The notes below the pieces were generated by a model that was not told the DNA's origin, searched no databases, and was given only the letters and a program-made list of their open reading frames with translations. The position numbers were made by a program, and so were the translations under genes. This document shows positions 59,726 through 64,000 of a stretch of 64,000 nt of DNA, piece by piece. The stretch comes from Dehalococcoidia bacterium (GTDB taxonomy: Bacteria > Chloroflexota > Dehalococcoidia > GIF9 > AB-539-J10), in contig JAXGQG010000002.1 in NCBI GenBank assembly GCA_040766535.1, positions 64,521 through 128,520 on the forward strand, given 5' to 3'. Within the stretch, counting starts at the first letter, position 1; each line of letters starts with the position of its first letter.

Positions 59726-59999
59726 AGGCGGCGGGCGAGATGTATCTCGCCCCTACGACAAGGGCGGGAGATGCGCCGATCGTCCAGCCGCCACGGGGCA
59801 ATGAGCTTCCAATCAGACAGGAAGTCGCTGCCGATGCCAGGGAGTCGATCGCATTCACCAACGCCGTGCCCGCGTCCTGCCAGCCGTCGGGCGGACGCAG
59901 AGGTCCGCCCCAACAACATAACTTGTCCTACCCGGCAATTCCGTCAACAAACGCCTCAGCGTCATTCGTGACGGCGGGCGAGATGTGTCTCGCCCCTAC
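59726..59999 (-). repeat. Third REP-like hairpin group (same families, - orientation)
   Basis: GGGCGAGATGTATCTCGCCCCTAC (59733-59756), GGGCGGACGCAGAGGTCCGCCCCAAC (about 59889-59914) and GGGCGAGATGTGTCTCGCCCCTAC (59976-59999). Confidence 0.7.
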
Positions 60000-60297
60000 C
60001 CATGCAGGCAGGCGCTGAAGCGAGGCGGCGGATCCGCTGGACATCGCTCGCCACCGGACTGTGTCCCAGTGCGCCGATGAACTTGACAGTTGTAACAGCA
60101 CACGTTGACGCACCATCATACGTATGGTAGTCTAGAAACACCATGGGCGTGAGTGCGGCAGCTCGTAGCCTGCGCCTGCACATACTCGTTGCTCTGCAGA
60201 CCCAGAACCCCGCGAAGAAAAATCCCCACAATCGTTTACCTTCCCTGTTCTGCCGCGTTGTTAGTAGTGAGCCACATCCTAAGGAGGTCTGTTACAC

Positions 60298-61976
60298 ATG
60301 AAAGTGGTATCTCGATTGCTTGCAGCGCTCATGACCGCGGCGCTGATTGTCCCGGCTACGGCTGGCATAGTATCGGCTGCCGTGGACATCAACACGATGG
60401 CCGTGAAACCCACATCTGGACCCGTCGGCACCGAGGTGTATCTCGAGGGCTACGGGGATGATGATGGCAATGGCTACGTATACTTCGAATTGAGCGAGGA
60501 CGAAGAAGAATGGGTGCTCGTCCTGAGCAATAGCAGCAGCAACTGGACGTGGGACGAAGAGGAAGTAGAAGAAGATGAGTACGTCTACTACTTCGACACC
60601 AAGAAATTCGAGATTCCCGAGTGTATCGGAGGCGAGCACCGCATCGTGATCGTGGATTCCAGTCTCGGCAACAGCACCGATTACGACGATGTCACCGATA
60701 ACGACGTGGGGCCGATGCGGACCTTGAGGTTACCCCGGCAATTACGCTCACCTCAGACGACGAGGGACCAGCAGGCACAGAGGTAGAGGTAAAGGGGACG
60801 GGATTCGGAGACCGGGAGAAGATCACCATTTACTTCGATGGCGAAGAAGTGGAGCTTGTCGAGACGATCACCGCAAACGACGTCGGCACGTGGACCGGCA
60901 AGTTTGTGGTGCCGCCCGCCAGCCAGGGCGATCATGACATCACCGCCGACGGCAGCTACACCGATGAGGACGACGTCGATGCCGCCACCTTCACCGTCAC
61001 TCCCGGCATCAGCGTGTCCCCCGCCAAGGGCAAGGTCGGCTCCGAGGTGGTTGTCAAAGGCAGTGGTTTCCGCGAGAGCGAGCGCGATATCGAGATACTC
61101 TTCGACTCCAGATCAGTGAAGTCCGGCATCACAGCCGACTCCGACGGCATATTCCAGACAACGGTGATCGTACCCAACGCCGCCATGGGTACGCATGATA
61201 TCGGCGCAAAGGGCCAGTACACCTCGTCCGGCAGTGTGGATGAGGTGGAATTCGAGGTTGAGCCCACCATCACGATCGAGCCCCTCAGCGGCAACGTGGG
61301 CACGGAGATAACCGTGAGCGCCGCCGGCCTACCGGCGAACTCCGCGGTGACCGTCACCTACGATACCACCACCAAAGGGACGGGCACGACCTCGTCCGAT
61401 GGCACGCTGGCGGCTATCACCTTTGCCGCAACCCATACCCAGACAACACACACGGCTGATCACCAGGTCTGCGTGGTATTCGACTCCACCACTCTTACCG
61501 AAATATTCGTGATGGAGTCCACGGCGCCGGCGAAACCGACTCTCCGCTCTCCGTTGAGCGGAACGCGCATCGGGCTGCTGGGGAAACAGACGCCAACCCT
61601 CAGCTGGAGCGTGACAGAGGACCCCAGTGGCGTGAACTACGGACTGCAGATCTCGACCACGCCTGACTTCAGCCAGATACTGATATCCAAGTCCGGGCTT
61701 GTGGCCCAGGGCAGCGCCATCATCGTCTCGTCCTCCGGTCCGGAGATGACCTACACCCTGAGCGAGGCGGAGGCATTGCCGTTCGGCACCTATTACTGGC
61801 GCGTGAAAGCAGTGGACGGCGCCATGAACGATAGCGGCTGGAGCGCGTCCAACACGTTCAAGAGCGGACTGTTGCCGACATGGGCGCTCATCGTCGTCAT
61901 CGTTCTCGCCGCGGTACTCGTGGCCGCGCTCATCTACGTATTGATAATCCGCGACCGCGTGGGGCTCTACGACTAA
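60298..61976 (+). pseudogene. Membrane-anchored surface protein with repeated IPT/TIG-like domains, one Fn3-like domain and a C-terminal TM anchor; single frameshift at a G4 run (60708-60711)
   Basis: AAGGAGG lies upstream of ATG 60298. Signal peptide (LLAALMTAALIVPATAGIVSA). Repeated modules contain GP.GTEV.V.G.GF (GPVGTEVYLEGYG, GPAGTEVEVKGTGF, GKVGSEVVVKGSGF, GNVGTEITVSAAGL). An acidic insert is present. The C-terminus reads YYWRVKAVDGAMNDSGWS, then the TM helix WALIVVIVLAAVLVAALIYVLII, then RDR. Restoring one G joins ORF 60298..60786 to the frame of ORF 60849..61976. Confidence 0.8.
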
Positions 61977-62021
61977 TCGAATCAACACGTTCGGCGCGCA
62001 GACCGTACGGAGGTATCGACT

Positions 62022-63197
62022 ATGAAATTGGCGGTTATTGGTTTGGGACAGTGTGGCAGCCGGATTGCCGACCACTTCGCTCGGCTAAACCTCAAGGCAC
62101 AATCCGAGCGGAAGGCGACCATTGCGCCCATCGTAGTGGCAGCAAACACAGACCAGGCGGACCTCACCGGTCTGCGATTCATCAAGAACGACTACTCTCA
62201 CCGCATACTGATGGGTTTGAGACAGACGCTGGGTCACGGTGTCGGCAAGATCAATGAGTTGGGCGCCCAACTGGCCCGGGAGGACGGCGACAAGATCCTC
62301 GACTCTTTGAAGAGCGACCGCCGCTTCTACGAGACGCACGCCTTTCTCGTGATCGCGGGCACTGCCGGAGGCACTGGTTCCGGCTCCCTCCCGGTCATCG
62401 TCAGGATGCTCAAGGAGCGTTACGTCAATAAGCCCGTGTATGCCCTGGCGGTGCTGCCGTTCGAACATGAACAGTACAGCGAGGCGCGCAGCGCCTACAA
62501 CAGCGCCACCTGTCTCAAGTCCGTCTATGAGGCAGCGGATGCCGTCTTCGTGGCAGACAACCAGCGCTACGTCAAGAAGGACTCCAGCCTGGCGAATAAC
62601 ATGGAGAAGATCAACCGCGTGGTGGTGGAGCCGTTCTACGATATGATGTGCGCCGGGGAAGTCACCACACGCAAGATGGTGGGAGCGCGCACGGTCGACG
62701 CCGGCGACCTCATCGCCTCGTTCGAGGGGTGGACGGCCATCGGCATGGGCAGAACCGAACTGCCGGCATTCCGCTTCCCCTGGGAGGTGGTGAAGACCCA
62801 GTTCCGCGACAAGGCCATCGAGAGCTTCAGAGGCACACAGGCCCTCGATGCCGCCATCACCGACCTCTCCATCGCCTGCAGTCCGCGCGACTGCGCGAAG
62901 TGCATCTACATCATGTCCGGCCCCGCCAAGGAGATGAACATGGACATGGTGAAGGCGATCAGCGACCACGTGGCCGAGATGGCGCCCACCGCGCTCATCC
63001 GCGGCGGCGACTTCCCCGGAGAGAAGCACTTCATCGACCTCACACTCATCCTCTCGCAGCTATCCAACGTGCCGCGCATCGCTGAGATGTACGAGCAGGC
63101 CACGAAGTATGCCGAGGATCACAAGGGGCAGTTGCTGGACACACAGGTCAAGATTCAGCAACTGAGCGAGATAGGCAGGGAACTGCCCCTGCTGTAG
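62022..63197 (+). CDS. Tubulin/FtsZ-superfamily GTPase of the tubulin/CetZ-like type (not canonical FtsZ)
   Basis: GGAGG lies upstream of ATG 62022. T1-like MKLAVIGLGQCGSRIADHF. T4 signature VIAGTAGGTGSGSLPV. Also VLPFEHEQ..NSATCLKSV..ADAVFVADNQ and a T7-like TVDAGDL. 391 aa. Confidence 0.85.
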   Translation: MKLAVIGLGQCGSRIADHFARLNLKAQSERKATIAPIVVAANTDQADLTGLRFIKNDYSHRILMGLRQTLGHGVGKINELGAQLAREDGDKILDSLKSDRRFYETHAFLVIAGTAGGTGSGSLPVIVRMLKERYVNKPVYALAVLPFEHEQYSEARSAYNSATCLKSVYEAADAVFVADNQRYVKKDSSLANNMEKINRVVVEPFYDMMCAGEVTTRKMVGARTVDAGDLIASFEGWTAIGMGRTELPAFRFPWEVVKTQFRDKAIESFRGTQALDAAITDLSIACSPRDCAKCIYIMSGPAKEMNMDMVKAISDHVAEMAPTALIRGGDFPGEKHFIDLTLILSQLSNVPRIAEMYEQATKYAEDHKGQLLDTQVKIQQLSEIGRELPLL

Positions 63198-63220
63198 ACT
63201 GTATCGTACTGAACCACACA

Positions 63221-63247
63221 GGGGGGCCGCGCGGCGCGCGGCCCCCC
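63221..63247. terminator. Strong GC hairpin between convergent genes (terminator-like)
   Basis: GGGGGGCCGCGCG-G-CGCGCGGCCCCCC, with 13-nt perfectly complementary arms. There is no clear U-tract. Confidence 0.55.
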
Positions 63248-63273
63248 GGTCATTTCACTTACCCTGTTGCGCT

Positions 63274-64000
63274 TCAACCAGCAAGCCTGAGTACGGAGCC
63301 AAGCATGAATCCCAGCAGGGCGCACCCCGGGAATGTCAACACCCAGGTCCGGACTATGTTCCCGGCGAGGCTCCAGCGCACTGCAGAGAGGCGCCTTGTG
63401 GCTCCCACTCCCATGACGGCTGTACTGATACAGTGCGTGGTGCTCACCGGGATGCCGAGATGCGACGCCAGCTCGATAATCGTGGCCGCGGACGCCTCGG
63501 CAGCGAAACCGCTGGATGGATTCAGCGATGTCATCTTGAGTCCGACAGTCCGTATCACCCGCCGGCCACCCACAACCGTGCCAAAACTGATAGCGGTAGC
63601 GGAAGCGAGCACTGCCCATATGGGAATCTCGAATTCACCCGTGCCGCCGGCAACCATCAGACCCATGGCGATGAGCCCGATCGGCATCTGCCCATCGTTC
63701 TTCCCATGGCTGTAGGCAAGGAAGGCGGCGGAGGCGATCTCCAGCTTGCTGAAGAGGACGCGAACCGTCGCGGGCCGTCTCTTCTGGAAGAGCCACATGA
63801 TGCCAAGGAACACGGAAAAGCCTCCAGCGAATCCAAGCACCGGGGCGATGGCCACTGCGGAGAAGACCCTGCCCAGCACCGCCCACTGTATGATGCTGGG
63901 GTTGCCGTACGCCAGGGCGGCCCCTACCATGCCGGCCACGAGACCATGGGTGAGGCTGACGGGCATGCCCTTCACGGTGGCCGCGACCGACCACACGATC
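63274..64000 (-). CDS. Inorganic phosphate transporter, PiT family; C-terminal part, gene continues beyond window end
   Basis: PiT blocks: AYSHGKNDGQ, GIPVSTTHCISTAVMGVGA. The ORF is open to the window edge. Confidence 0.85.
   Translation of the reverse strand, partial: IVWSVAATVKGMPVSLTHGLVAGMVGAALAYGNPSIIQWAVLGRVFSAVAIAPVLGFAGGFSVFLGIMWLFQKRRPATVRVLFSKLEIASAAFLAYSHGKNDGQMPIGLIAMGLMVAGGTGEFEIPIWAVLASATAISFGTVVGGRRVIRTVGLKMTSLNPSSGFAAEASAATIIELASHLGIPVSTTHCISTAVMGVGATRRLSAVRWSLAGNIVRTWVLTFPGCALLGFMLGSVLRLAG

Noticed and set aside
58466-59861. Two long minus-strand ORFs (358 and 335 aa) spanning the response regulator and the REP clusters
   Set aside because: They are antisense to a well-supported LuxR-family gene and run straight through noncoding REP hairpins. 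Their composition is low-complexity and Arg/Ser/Ala-rich.

Overview
High-GC bacterial chromosomal segment, probably from a metagenome-type assembly. Gene content is loosely Chloroflexota-like, but I cannot verify taxonomy. Layout: (1) 1-15.8 kb is a transport and organic-acid metabolism block: Liv-type ABC parts, DegV, a triple-repeat lipoprotein, a MOFRL glycerate-kinase-like gene overlapping a divergent enolase homolog, tctCBA, a truncated second tctA fused in frame to a fumarate-reductase-like flavoprotein, nitrilase, cupin and a SnoaL-like protein. (2) 16.0-23.05 kb is a roughly 7-kb decayed integrative element inserted in the 3' end of dnaN. It is bounded by a 31-bp direct repeat and carries heavily frameshifted MTase-nuclease, HUH Rep and large serine recombinase genes. 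(3) 23-32.3 kb is an intact housekeeping block: dnaN, rdgB, bifunctional FBP aldolase/phosphatase, an FAD protein, rsmA, ispE, a NERD-SF1 helicase and cca. (4) 32.4-41.2 kb is a sugar-acid-like locus: two UxaA-family dehydratase paralogs, TRAP dctPQM, a GlcD-like FAD oxidase and a URO-D family protein. (5) 41.4-54.9 kb holds type IV pilus genes (pilT, pilin, pilD) interleaved with a visibly lower-GC glycosylation cluster: Ugd, two GT-C-like paralogs, a flippase-like protein, GT4, a methyltransferase and GT2. Most of these are frameshifted. (6) 53.6-60.0 kb is a repeat-rich zone: hairpin/heptamer repeats, a C18 tract, a roughly 80-bp tandem array, and a REP-associated tyrosine transposase (RAYT) remnant flanked by inverted GTAG-hairpin REP elements. 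(7) 60.3-64 kb encodes a membrane-anchored IPT-repeat surface protein followed by a tubulin/CetZ-type GTPase, then a PiT phosphate transporter. No rRNA, tRNA or CRISPR array was found. Frameshifts are very frequent but unevenly distributed, and several sit at short homopolymers. Many 'pseudogene' calls may therefore be assembly indels rather than real decay.
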